Source: Octopus sinensis (lineage: Eukaryota). Taken from it: a stretch of 64,000 nt of DNA. The DNA lies in NCBI RefSeq assembly GCF_006345805.1, contig NC_043014.1:42532001-42596000 (forward strand), read 5' to 3'. Both the position numbers and the translations under genes were made by a program. Position 1 is the stretch's first letter. Each line of letters opens with the position of its first letter. Below the pieces are notes generated by a model. It saw only the letters and a list, made by a program, of their open reading frames with translations. It made no database searches and was not told where the DNA came from. Positions 51,593 through 63,832 of the stretch are shown here, piece by piece.

Positions 51593-53654
51593 AGGAAGAT
51601 ATCAGAACTCTTGTCAACTGTTTAGGTGATCACACTCTGCTTATAGTGATGAACCCGTCTTTCCAATTATGCCTATTCATAACTAGGGTGGTCTTGGTGG
51701 GTCTCCGGGAGTTAAGTGTCTCTGCCTGGTACACAGTAAGTGCAATGTCAGCATAAGTGTTGAAACTATCTAGTCTTCAGCTGGCAAGTTGACACTTTAG
51801 CTATGCAACCTGACAGCTTGTAAGTCTATATTGTGTCACGAGAAGCATGGGGTGAAATAGATAGCCCGTAATCCAATTATTAATAGAATAACACAGAGGG
51901 GACAAACAAGGGCAAACAAATGGATTAAGTCGATTACATCGACCCCAGTGCGTAACTGGTACTTAATTTATCGACCCCGAAAAGATGAAAGGCAAAGTCG
52001 ACCTCGGCGTGATTTGAACTCAGAACGTAACGGCAGACGAAATACTGCTAAGCATTTCGCCCGGCGTGCTAACGTTTCTGCCAGCTAACAGAAGCCAGTG
52101 AAGTGAGAAGCTCCATAGGCATTGATCAAATATTGAACTGTGCAGATAAGCAACATCGATATACTTTGGCAGATAAGACACAGCTGATGTGTGCTGTAGT
52201 ACATGGCAAAGTTTGTGTGTTGTTTCTACTGTATCGCAAATGCTATGCTCATTGTGTGATTAAGGCTGTGTGTGTATGTGATGGCTTAGAGACCTTGACA
52301 TTGCTTAATCAGAGAGAGAGAGAGCTATGAGCAAGTAAACAGCTGATGGGTGTTGCTTTCGCCTACCTGCCTGCCTGTGTAAGTCTATGTATCTCTCTAT
52401 CAGCTAGCAAACATACCTTTCCATGTCCTTGCGTACCTGTATTTTAGCATATATATATTGTTGGCAACCTGTTTTCTGGTAGCTGATTTGAATTAACCTA
52501 CTGATGATGACTACAGCAGGGCAGGTCAAGTGTCAGCTCAAGTACACCTGCTAGGTGTTGGTCTTTTTCTAATAGCAGCAGCAGTGGTGGCAGTAGTGTT
52601 GTTGTCGTTGTTGGTGGTGGTGGTTATAGTTCTGATAACAGGTTGACAAGAAGGTATGGAGTGAGATTTCCACGGCTCATTGTACTCCAGACTGTGTTGC
52701 GGCAATAGGATCATGGACTCTTTAAAAATTCCCCCTCTTTCCTTTCCTTTTCTTTCTGTCTTTCTGGTTTTTTTTCTTTTTCTTCTTTTGATTTTCTTTT
52801 GAATTCTTACTTTCCTTTTTTAAATGTTTCTTTTCTTTTTTTAATGTTCGTTTTCGCTTCAGTCAAACAAAACACAGTAAAACAACACCAACACCAGTTC
52901 TCATACACACCCAAATGCATTCACACACACGCGCGCACACACACACACACATACACTCATACACACACACACACATACATAACCTCCCTCAACTTTAATA
53001 ATCCTGAATGTGCTAACTTTTTACCGTTTAAACTGGCCAAATCCGACCCAATATATTCTACATGTTTTATATTCAAACTGGCGATGTCTAGCCTCTCACA
53101 CCTAACCTACAATGCCATTCTAAAAATAAGTAATCACATCATTGAAACCTCAAAGCTGTAAGATGATCCAGGATTAATTCAAAACAATTTGAATGAAAAA
53201 GTATTACATTTAACAGAGTAATCTGAACACTAAAGGGTTAAAGGAAATTACTTAGTAGACATGCATTTACACACACAAACACACACAATTTTATTAATCT
53301 GTTTCTGTTGGACTTGTCTACCTCTTACTCAGATAAATGTTCATAAACGTCACATTAACTTCATTGATCTGTTGTTAAAGAATTGGAAGAATGGCAAAAT
53401 CATAATCACGCCCAACCACCTAAAATAAAATTGAAGAATAAACAAATTTTTGTTAGAAATAACCCTCTTTACTACAGAGACAAGGCCTGGAATTTGTGGG
53501 GAGGGGCTATTCAATTACATCAACCCATTCAAACCGAAAAGATCCAGTCTTTGTAGTGCAGTGTTCTGATTATTCCTACATTTTGTAATTTCCCAAATGG
53601 TGTACCAAAAGGATGTGACATACTTCTTCACTCCACAAAGCCTGCACAACCACT

Positions 53655-54010
53655 GTGGAGGCGCAATGACCCAGTGGTTAGGGCAGCGGACTCACAGTCG
53701 TAGGATCGCGGTTTCGATTCCCAGACCGGGTGTTGTGAGTGTTTATTGAGCGAAAACACCTAAAGCTCCACGAGGTTCCGGCAGGGATAGTGGTGAACCC
53801 TGCTGTACTCTTTCACCACAACTTTCTCTCACTCTTACTTCCTGTTTCTGTTGGACCTGTATTTCAAAGGGCCGGCCTTGTCACTCTCTGTGTCATACTG
53901 AATATCCCCGAGAACTACGTTAAGGGTGCACATGTCTGTGGAGTGCTCAGCCACTTACACGTTAATTTCATGGAACCCTCGTCGTCGTAACTGACGGAGT
54001 GCTTCCCCCA
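53655..54010 (+). mobile_element. Chimeric SINE (H head and body, F tail) with 10-bp TSD
   Basis: TSD cacaaccact at 53645-53654 and 54011-54020; switch to the F tail at about 53857. Confidence 0.88.
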
Positions 54011-54466
54011 CACAACCACTCCAGCTGTTCATCAATCATTTAGAAACCTGTCTTCAAAGAAATAAACTATAAGTGGCACTTAAGCGATTCCACTGTTGTC
54101 TTTGTTACCAGAAACACCGACAGATGTTGGATACAATCAGCCCTAACACACAAAATGATAGACACTTGTTCCTCTATCTCTATTGCACTTTTACTGCTTA
54201 TCACCTGGCATAAAGCCACCTCCGTTGATACTACACTTCACTCGGTTAAGGGATATTGTCTTGCATGTCATTTGGTGACCTCACTAGTGCTGGTGCCACA
54301 TAAACAACACCCAGACATTGAAATGTCATGCAGTCCTCTAGCTCACCAGCTTCTGTTGAAATAGCAAGGAAAAGAGACATTAATTGCTGATAGTGAAATG
54401 ATAATGATGATGGTATATAGGTCAACTTGAGTAGAGCTGACCTACATCTGCACAAGAAAGACTTAC

Positions 54467-54594
54467 TTTAGCTGTGAAAATTCTTTCATTTTCAGGAAAT
54501 AGCAAATAAATGAAAACAATGCATATTTCAGCAGCTCTACCAATGCCATCTTTTTGCCACTTGTTGTTAATTTGCAAGTGCATGGCGTTACCAT
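54467..54594 (-). CDS. Candidate first coding exon ending in phase 2
   Basis: MVTPCTCKLTTSGKKMALVELLKYALFSFICYFLKMKEFSQL then AA|GTAAGT; unverified. Confidence 0.2.
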
Positions 54595-54825
54595 TCTACT
54601 TATATATATATATATATATATACAATTCATAAATGAGGGCAAAGGAAAAAATTTCTAATGCCAAATATGCCGAAAAATTGGACATATTGTCCATTAACCA
54701 TATAATTTTTTCACAATATGCACGCTACTCAGAAAAAAGGTCGTTAAAGGTATTTTTTAATATGCTGGCCATTGATAAAATTTTTTCGAAAAATATTTTT
54801 TTTGAAAAAAATTTTATCCTACATT

Positions 54826-54861
<36 letters not shown>

Positions 54862-55263
54862 ATTTGAATTAAGACTTCTTTTGGTTGTGTTGATAAAATA
54901 CGATATATTGGTTAAAAGTGAAAAAAAATTAAACCATATAGATTTTGTTTTTGCCAGATAAGGACAGTGATCTAGATTCTACTGCCACCGTCACCACCTC
55001 CACCACCATTGCCACCTCCACCACATGTACCTATTTTCCTCAGATCTCTCTTCACGGATGTTATTGATCATCTGACATTATATTTAGACAGTTATATTCT
55101 ACACATATGAATATTTGTTTTGACTTAACTTAAAACTGTTTCTGCAATTTTTACTAGACAGAGTTCGTAGTTCTTGCCAATCCCCCCCTCACCCCCACCA
55201 CATCCCTTAGCTGCCCATCCCCTTAACACCTATTTCATAGTTTTATTTCTGGTAATCTACATC

Positions 55264-55470
55264 CACTCTGATATTAAACTGCCATGATAGATCGTTAGCC
55301 ACTACACACATTTTTTTTCTCTCCTTGTTTTTTCTGTGTCCCTTTCTGTAGAAGAGCGTAGGCTCGAAACGTAAAGGACTTTTTCTATTCCTGAGCGTTA
55401 TACTAATACATCTGTTTGTTTTATACACCACCTGTCTTCGTCTTTTGTTTTTTTTTCGTAAACTCTCCCC
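55264..55470 (+). mobile_element. Family D copy 4
   Basis: 55342-55378: CTTT-CTGTAGA-A-GAGC-gtag-GCTC-GAAAC-GT-A-AAGG. Confidence 0.65.
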
Positions 55471-56556
55471 ATATTATATTTATGTTACTCGTGTCTTCAA
55501 TGAAAGAAAATTTATTACTATATTATGCTGTTTGTCTTCACATTTTTATACACATGGGCTTTGCATCTAATTAAGAAAGGATTGAATAATCACATTGGCA
55601 TTTAGACATAAGATGAAGAATACGTGCAAGAGAGCTGTGGCCTGTTGACCAATAAGTACCAATATATCACTGACTACAAATATATTGACTACAAAAGCAA
55701 GCCCAAATGTTATTCAACAAATTTAGAATTTAAGAAAACCTAATAAGTTTGATGTGGGTAGAAAGCTATACATTTTCTGGAGAGAAAAAATTAATTGCAT
55801 TAACCTGTAACTATTGTGTTGTACTTATTTTGTTGATGCCTGAAGAAGGTTTGGTTGCTGTTTCAAGCATGTCGAGTTACCTAATAGGGGTTCCATCATT
55901 TGCCCTAAGTTGATAGAATTATATAGGAAAAAGAAAAAAAAAATGTCTTTTACCAAGATTTAGCACTAGATTAGGGATATGACTTACACTTTTCTTTTAA
56001 TCACAAATTTGTTTCACATGTCAGTGGTAAATTTGAAAATAAATGGCTTTGATGAAAAAAACAAAAAAAAAAAGCAAAGAAAAAAAGCCAAAAAAAAAAT
56101 GGTTTTATTGGCAAGTAAATAAAAGTCAAATTCCAACCTCCTCCTTTTTCTCCCATTTGGTGTTTGTTACAACTTCAAGGAGAAAGAATTTTCTGAGAAC
56201 AAGGAGACCTACTACTACCACTACTACCAACATCACCACCACCACTACTACTACTACTATTGCTGCTGCTGCTTCAAACCTTTTGTTTAGCTTTTATAAA
56301 TCACTTCTTATCTTTTACTGCTATCATATATCTCTGCCGATGTTTCCTCTTTATATGTCTAATTGTTTACCCACCAGAAACCTTATTACCTACTTAATGA
56401 ATGACTAAACAAATAAACCCCCCTTTATTACGTGCATGATGTGATGGGCTTTTCTAGAAAGCCTATCGCATTTATTTGTGTCTTAATAGCATGCAGCATA
56501 AATAATAAGGGTGGTGGAATGGTATTTCGGGTCTAAATACCCTGTTGTGTTTTTAA

Positions 56557-56747
56557 CCCTTTAGCGTTCAGATTCTGCTAAATACAATGCATATGAATTA
56601 ATCCAGCATCATTTCATAGCTTTGGGATGTTGATGGCATAATTCTTTAGTTTTAGAGTGACATTGCAAGCTAGGTGTGAGAGGCCAAATCTGGCTAGTTT
56701 GAACATAGGACAGGTAGAATATTTGGGTTGGTTTGAATGCTAAAGGG
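56557..56747. mobile_element. MITE E
   Basis: TTAA|ccctttagcg ... tgctaaaggg|TTAA. Confidence 0.88.
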
Positions 56748-57283
56748 TTAACCCTGCTTTCTTCAAAATGGTGAGTTCAAATTCTTCCTGGGTCAGCGTT
56801 GCCCTTATGTTCATCAGGAGGGGAGGGGATCAATGAAATAAGCACCAGTAGTAGACTGACTCTGTACCAATCCACCCCTCACTTTTGTACAAATAAGGGA
56901 TCTCTTGTCAAAATTAGAAATTGGCATTAAGTCAGAATATGGTGGTGATCTTGTAGAATTGTTAGCACTTTGGACAAATTGCTTGGTGGCATTATTTCTG
57001 GTTCTTTACGTTCTGAGTTCAAATCACACTGAGGTCAACTTGACCATCCATCCTATCAAGTACTATGACAATGTCCCCTCCCCTCAAAAATTGCTGGTCT
57101 TTAACCATGCAACTGACCAAAGGGCATTCTGTTCAGGGGAATGTTGTGAATGTTGTTGTCTTGGTTACTTATATGCAATGGAAACCAAGTAAGCAGTCTT
57201 CTGTGAGTCCTGCTGGAGGTGGTGGTGGGGGGGATTCATTTGGCTGAAAATTAAGGCAGTACTCCAGCATGGTCACAGTGAAA

Positions 57284-57446
57284 TGGCTGTGTGTGGTAAA
57301 TAGCTTGCTTACCAACCACATGGTTCCGGGTTCAGTCCCACTGCGTGGCACCTTGGGCAAGTGTCTTCTACTATAGCCTCGGGCCGACCAAAGCCTTGTG
57401 AGTGGATTTGGTAGACGGAAACTGAAAGAAGCCCGTCGTATATATG

Positions 57447-57477
<31 letters not shown>

Positions 57478-57694
57478 ATATGTTTGTGTGTCTGTGTTTG
57501 TCCCCCCAACATCGCTTGACAACCGATGCTGGTGTGTTTACGTCCCTGTAACTTAGCGGTTCGGCAAAACAGACCGATAGAATAAGTACTAGGCTTACAA
57601 AGAATAAGTCCTGGGGTCGATTTCCTCGACTAAAGGCAGTGCTCCAGCATGGCCACAGTCACATGACTGAAACAAGTAAAAGAGTAAAGAGTAA
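57284..57694 (+). mobile_element. SINE A, full length
   Basis: Matches 8391-8794; preceded by an A-tail fragment. Confidence 0.9.
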
Positions 57695-58263
57695 ATATCT
57701 TAACCCTTTAGCCGTGAAATTAAATTTCATGTTTGTTCCAGTAATGGATGTTAAACATCTGACCAAAAAAAATAGAATTTGTATTTTCGGCAAGTCACGT
57801 TGCCTCAATAAACCTGAGATATCTCAGCAGAAAATAGTTTCAAGACATGACATTCCTCAGCAGAAGATAGACTGGTATATACAAAGCTGCTTTCCACAGT
57901 TAAGGGTAATGAAATTTTGAGTGAATACATCTGATTTTCACCCAGAAAAAAAAAGGGTTAAAATGGAAACCTGTCGCTTTTATTTTTCATTTTAGGGTTT
58001 GTTTTTTTTTTTTGTTTTTTTTTATAAGATTTTAGGTTCAAACCACTTGATTTCATTTTGGTTTTTATCTCTGATACTCTTGGGAATGTCTCAGCCTCTT
58101 ATTTCTCCCCTGTCTGAAAACTAGGGTGGGGGAGTGGCCGCCGAAATTGCGAGGATGATCCGGTTCTTGACTGAAGATTAGAGGCTTCGAGTGACCCCTC
58201 TGTGTTTTTTGTATCGTCTATTTGAATGTTTTGCGTTCTTGTCCCATTTTGTATTTTTATATA

Positions 58264-58659
58264 TCTTTATATATAAAAGAGAAGTTGTGTGTCTGTCTCC
58301 TACGATTTAGATTCCTAACTACTACCACATTTTGCGGTGCAGTTTAACCAAAACCGGGTATCTTATAGTCGTGATTCATATCGAGCCCTTCTGGGTATTA
58401 GCGCACGTCTACGTTGAGTCTACGATTTAAAAAAAAATTTACCATCATTTTTTTCCATTTTAGTGCCTTTTTTCGCTATTATATAAGGGAAGTAACTCTC
58501 TAAAAATGTCTACGATGAGTCAACGATTAAAAAAAAATTTACCATCATTTTTTCCCCATTTTAATGCATTTTTTTGCTATTTTTTTGCTATAACTCTCTA
58601 AAAATGCTTATATAGTTATTTCCCTTACAAACCCGAGCAATGCAGGGCGATACTGCTAG
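58264..58659 (+). mobile_element. Non-autonomous Helitron
   Basis: A|TC tttatatataaaag 5' end; cccgagcaatgcaggg hairpin and CTAG|T 3' end; no TSD; internal ~50-bp duplication. Confidence 0.85.
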
Positions 58660-59612
58660 TATAAGTATAAAAATAAATGCCTTGTAGGTAAAGCAGTGAA
58701 GCAATTATTTGCGTACAGTTGATACTGCATCGATAAACCTGGTTATGGATATCACATGGGTATCTTACATTTACGTTGGTTTGCTTCTAGCTAAAAATTA
58801 ACTTAGCACACTTCACTTTCTGACAAGCTGTGTTACAAAGCGAGCACAGAACATTTCTTTCCAAATAGATATACTTCCACTGAGAAGGAGATAAGAAAAA
58901 ATATATATAAAATATATAAACCAAGTGTGTATATTTATATGATGAACACACATTATAAGTCTGTTTGTGCATTAACACACGCACACATACACACACATAT
59001 ACATATACATATACACAAATTTTTAATTTTATTGATTTTCACTTTGTTTTTTTTTTTTGTGTGTGTAAGATAAACTGAAATCTGTCATCAACAAAAATAA
59101 CAAAAATAATTCTACCGACAACTAAACAACAATGATAATAAATTTTGCAAAATTGATGTTAGAACATTATTTACTTATTTATTAATTCTATTTTATATAT
59201 TATTTTTTTTCAGCTAAAAATTTGGACTTTTAATATCACAATCTTTTTTTTTTTTTTTTTTTTTTTTTTTCCTGTTATAACTAGTAATGAATTTCATTTA
59301 TATCTGTGTGCGTGTCTGTGTGTGTGTCTGTGTATGTGTGTTTGACTTTTCTGATAGGAATTAAAATCTTGTTATATAATTGGCTTCGATAAGAGCAGTC
59401 AGTTGGCAAAAGCATTGAGCACACCAGACTAAATTCATTTACAATATTTATTTAGTTTTCCTATCTTTGTGTTCAAAACAAAAGCCAAATACTGTTTTGT
59501 TTTTGTTTTGCCCCCCCCCCCCTTCCCCTATGAAGTACCAGTGATATATATAGGAGTTGAATTCAACCCCTACCCTAACAAAAATTGGCCTTGAATCTAT
59601 GTAAGGAATTAA

Positions 59613-59834
59613 CTCTTTCATTGCTGTATTTATTTTAAGATGTTCTGTGTTTGTTTCAATTGATTTTAAATATAACAAAGAATTTAGTAAAATAATTTAA
59701 TTATTATTAAGCTAGTGTTAGGAACATGAATTGTGACTAAGGTTTGGTGGAAGATTTTAATTCAGAACTTATGAAAACAAGACCTTTGTACTACAAAGCC
59801 AGAGGTGGTTTCAGGCAGGTTGGTATCGAAAGGG
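59613..59834. mobile_element. MITE G, reverse orientation, diverged
   Basis: Reverse complement of 45371-45590, TTAA-flanked. Confidence 0.82.
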
Positions 59835-60461
59835 TTAAAACACTCATACAAATTTCTGGTAAGAATTATAAAACCATGTACTAAGATGCGTGAAAATACT
59901 TGAGTAATCTTTCATCTTTTGATATCACACACACACACACACACACACATACACACACACACACACACACTCAATCACTGGCTGGTATCAAAAGAGTTAA
60001 GAAAACAGCATTACTGTCTTAGAGAGATAAACTTACATAATAATTTCCCTTTGTAGGAAAATTTTTTTACGTAAAATGAAACCTGAGTTGTCGTTTGAGA
60101 CAACACTTTTCTCTTTTTTTTTTCTTACTATTTATAGATCATATTTGACTGATATTCAACTATTGAATCGCTTACAAACTGCACAAGATAAGAGAGAGAT
60201 AGATGACCCAAATAAAGTTCAGTTAATGCTTTAGTGCTTAAATTACTCTGTCAGATGTGAAACTTATTTATTCATATTGTTTTGAATTATTCATGTATTG
60301 TCTCATAATTTTGAGATTTCACTGATGTGCATTGTCCTGTTTTTAAGAAGACATTGTAGGGTAGATGTGAGAGGCCAGACCTGGCGAGTTTGAACTTAAA
60401 ACAGGGGGCATGTTTGGGCCAGGTTAAATGCTAAAGAGTTAAACTAATTTACTTGAGTTAC

Positions 60462-60845
60462 CTATTTCTTTACTACCCACGAGGGGCTAAACACAGAGGG
60501 GACAAACAAGGAAAGAAAAATGGATTAAGTCGATTATATCGACCCCAGTGCATACCTGGTACTTAATTTATCAACCCCGAAAGGACGAAAGGCAAAGCTG
60601 ACCTCGGTGAAATACCTATTTCTTTACTACCCACAAGGGGCTAAACACAGGGGACAAACAAGGACAGACAAACGGATTAAGTTGATTCTATCGACCCCAG
60701 TGCGTAACTGGTACTTAATTTATCGACCCCGAAAGGATGAAAGGCAAAGTCGACCTCGGCGGAATTTGAACTCAGAACGTAACGGCACACAAAATATGGC
60801 TACACATTTTGCATGGCACTCTAACGTTTCTGCCAGCTTGCCGCT
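60462..60845 (-). mobile_element. SINE C dimer
   Basis: Junction gaaatacctatttc at about 60609-60622 with an adjacent deletion. Confidence 0.85.
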
Positions 60846-61249
60846 TGTACTTGAGTTACCATTAGTTTGTTTCAGCCATCATGGTCAAGGCCATACTGGA
60901 TCTCTCTGCTTTGAGTTGGTTCAAATGTTTTTTTTGTGTTTGTGTGTGTGTGTGTGTGCGCTTCTGTCGTGGTTTTCATTACAGAGATTGATTGGTATTC
61001 ATTTTCCTATCCTAGCTCCGGTACGATAAATCTTCTTAACATAAACAGCATGACCGCAAAATAGGTTGGTATGGTTTGCTGTTTCATCCGGCAGGCAAAA
61101 AGGAAGCTACCAGAACACTGTAACGACAGTGTAACAAACAGCAGCATTAGTCCCAGACACAGTGTAACAGGATGTTAGTTAATAACTTCTGTAATCATCA
61201 TGTGATAAATGTCCCAACCCAGGGCAGCATGGGATATGGGTGTGCTTAA

Positions 61250-61770
61250 CCCTTTAGCATGTAAACCAGTTGTATGTGCAGACTGGCCAGATTTGGCATC
61301 TCACGCCTACTCAATAATGTCGTTCTAAATATAGACAATCACAACACTGAAATTTTTGAAGCAACAAAATAATGTATCATCATCATCATCATCATCGTTT
61401 AACGTACGCTTTCCATGCTAGCATGGGTTGGACAATTTGACTGAGGTCTGGCAAACCAGGACTCCAATCTGATCTGGCAGAGTTTCTACAGCTGGATGCC
61501 CTTCCTAACGCCAACCACTCCGAGAGTGTAGTGGGTGCTTTTTACGTGCCACCGGCACGAGAGCCAGTTTGGTGGTACTGGCAACGGTCACGCTCAAATG
61601 GTGCTTTTTATGTGCCACCTGCACAGGAGGCAGTCCAGCGGCACTGGCAATGACCTCGCTCGAATGTTTTTCACATGCCACCAGCACAAGTGCTAGTAAG
61701 GCGACGCAGAAACAATGTGAATATATAAGCACTACTTTCAATAGGGTAATCTGAATGCTTAAAGATTTAA
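61250..61770. mobile_element. MITE E hosting a minus-strand family B copy (about 61376-61705)
   Basis: E halves flank a (CAT)n-started B. Confidence 0.8.
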
Positions 61771-61910
61771 CGAAAAAGATGGTGGTGGTGGTGGTGGTGT
61801 CATCGTCGTCAGCGGTGACTTAATGCTGAAGCTCACAGCATCTGAGCCATAGGCCATTCCTTCAAAGATGTAGTATTTATTGCTACTTCCATGTCTTGTA
61901 CATGTAACAC

Positions 61911-62260
61911 TAAAAGGGTAAAGACCTCCTTCAGTCATAAGTTACCATAGGATTGCATCTAGAAAGTTACTCTCCGAGGCACAAATCTAGGCAAGGTTGT
62001 TTATGGAAGATGAGTGGTCGCCCATGCATACCGGCCTCACCTCTCCATGCCACCAGTCTTATCCAAGGGAAAGGCAAAGGCTGATACAGCTTGGCACCAG
62101 TGATGTCACAACTCATTTCTACAGCTGAGTGAACTGCAGCAATGTGAAATAAAGTGTCTTGCTCAAGAACACAACACGCAGCTTGGTTGGTCTGGGAATT
62201 GAACTCACTACCTCATGATTGTGAGCCCGATGCTGTAACCACTGAGCCATGTGCCTTCAC
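61911..62260 (-). mobile_element. SINE J with 7-bp TSD
   Basis: gtaacac at 61904-61910 and 62261-62267. Confidence 0.85.
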
Positions 62261-62743
62261 GTAACACATTTTTTTTTTTTTTGTCACTCTGGAAAAAACA
62301 AAAAACAAAAAAAAAACTCTGTCCTGCAGAGAGGAAAAGAGAGACAGATTGCTTTCTGAACTCTTAATGATATTCATATATGCAATGGTTAGGCATTTTT
62401 GACATTGGGCCACCATTCACACGGCTTCTGTCCATTTGGAAAGCAGTCTGCAACAGCAGCAGCTATGCATTTTATTTTGTTAAGAATCAAAGAGGAGCAA
62501 ACAACTGCAATCATTTGAGGTTGCTATCATTCATGTAAACATGTAAATTATCCATGCAGTTGGCAAGAAACCAGGCCACTTGATTCTCAGTTTGTCGGGT
62601 GAGCTTAATCCATACTGCTATTGCTAATATTACTACTGGTGCTGTTTATTACATTATCAGTACTTTTGCACATACATTCCTGCTTTACTGCATTGCACTA
62701 AATTGTGTCAGAGTGCTTGGCTTTTTTGTTTCACATTTTGCAA

Positions 62744-63255
62744 ACTGCGTGGCAAGAAGCTTGCATCCCAAGTACATGGTTCCAGGTTCAGTGCCCACTG
62801 TCTCCCCTACTATCACCTCAGTCTGGCCAAAGTCTTGTGAGAAGATTTTGTAGATGGAAACTGAAAGAAGCCTGTCGTGATAGATCGGTAGCCACTACAC
62901 ACATTTTTTTTCCTCTCCTTGTTTTTTTCTCTGTCCCTTTCTGTAGAAAAGCGTAGGCTCAAAATGTAAAAGACATTTTCAATTCCTGAGCATTATACTA
63001 ATACATCTGTTTGTTTTGTACACTACCTATCTTCGTCTTTTGTTTTTTTCGTGAACTCTCCCTATGTATATGTGTGTTTATGTCTGTATTTGGACCCCAC
63101 ACACACACACACTGCTTGAAAGTCAGGCCCCATAACTTAGCAATTCGATAGAATAAGTACCAGCTTAAAAAAAGTTCTGGAATCAATTTGATTAAGAATT
63201 CTTCAAGGCAGTGCCCCAACATGGCCACAGTCAAATGACTGAAACAAGTAAAAGA
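62744..63255 (+). mobile_element. SINE A interrupted by family D copy 5 (about 62880-63062)
   Basis: A 5' half ends gaagcctgtcgt, then D with a mutated hammerhead-like motif, then the A 3' half. Confidence 0.8.
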
Positions 63256-63443
63256 ATTAAAAAATACTATATCAGAATGACCAGTTAGGCGAAGGTCTTA
63301 GGTCAAAGTCTACTTGTGTTAAGAACCCTTAGAGACACAGAAAGGCTTAAACAAGAGCGTTTTTAAATGCCAAAAACATACTGAGCTCTATTATTTAATT
63401 GATATGGAGTATCTTTTAAAACACATCCCTCTTGACAGTGGTT

Positions 63444-63832
63444 ATCATCATCGTTTAACGTCTACTTTCCATGCTAGTATGGGTTGGACGGTTCAACTGG
63501 GGTCTGGGAAGCCAGGAGGCTGCACCAGGCCCAGTCTGATCTGGCAGTGTTTCTACAGCTGGATACCCTTCCTAACACCAACCACTCCGTGAGTGTAGTG
63601 GGTGCTTTTTATGTGCCACCGGCACAGGTGCCAGACGAGGCTGGCAACGGCCACGATCGGATGGTGCTTTTTACATGCCACCGGCACGGAGGCCAGTCGG
63701 GGCGGCACTGGCAACTGCCACGTTCGGATGTGCCAAACGAGGCTGGCAACGGCCACAATCAGATGGTGCTTTTTAAGTGTCACTGGCACGGAGGCCAGTC
63801 GGGGAGGCGCTGGCAACGGCCACGTTCGGTGG
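63444..63832 (-). mobile_element. Family B element
   Basis: Reverse-complement B tail plus 3-4 internal units. Confidence 0.88.

Noticed and set aside
58110-58200. Further hammerhead-like words (CTGAAAA..GAAA, CTGAAGA; also 55850 and 40850)
   Set aside because: Core boxes are incomplete or out of order and no consistent stems form.
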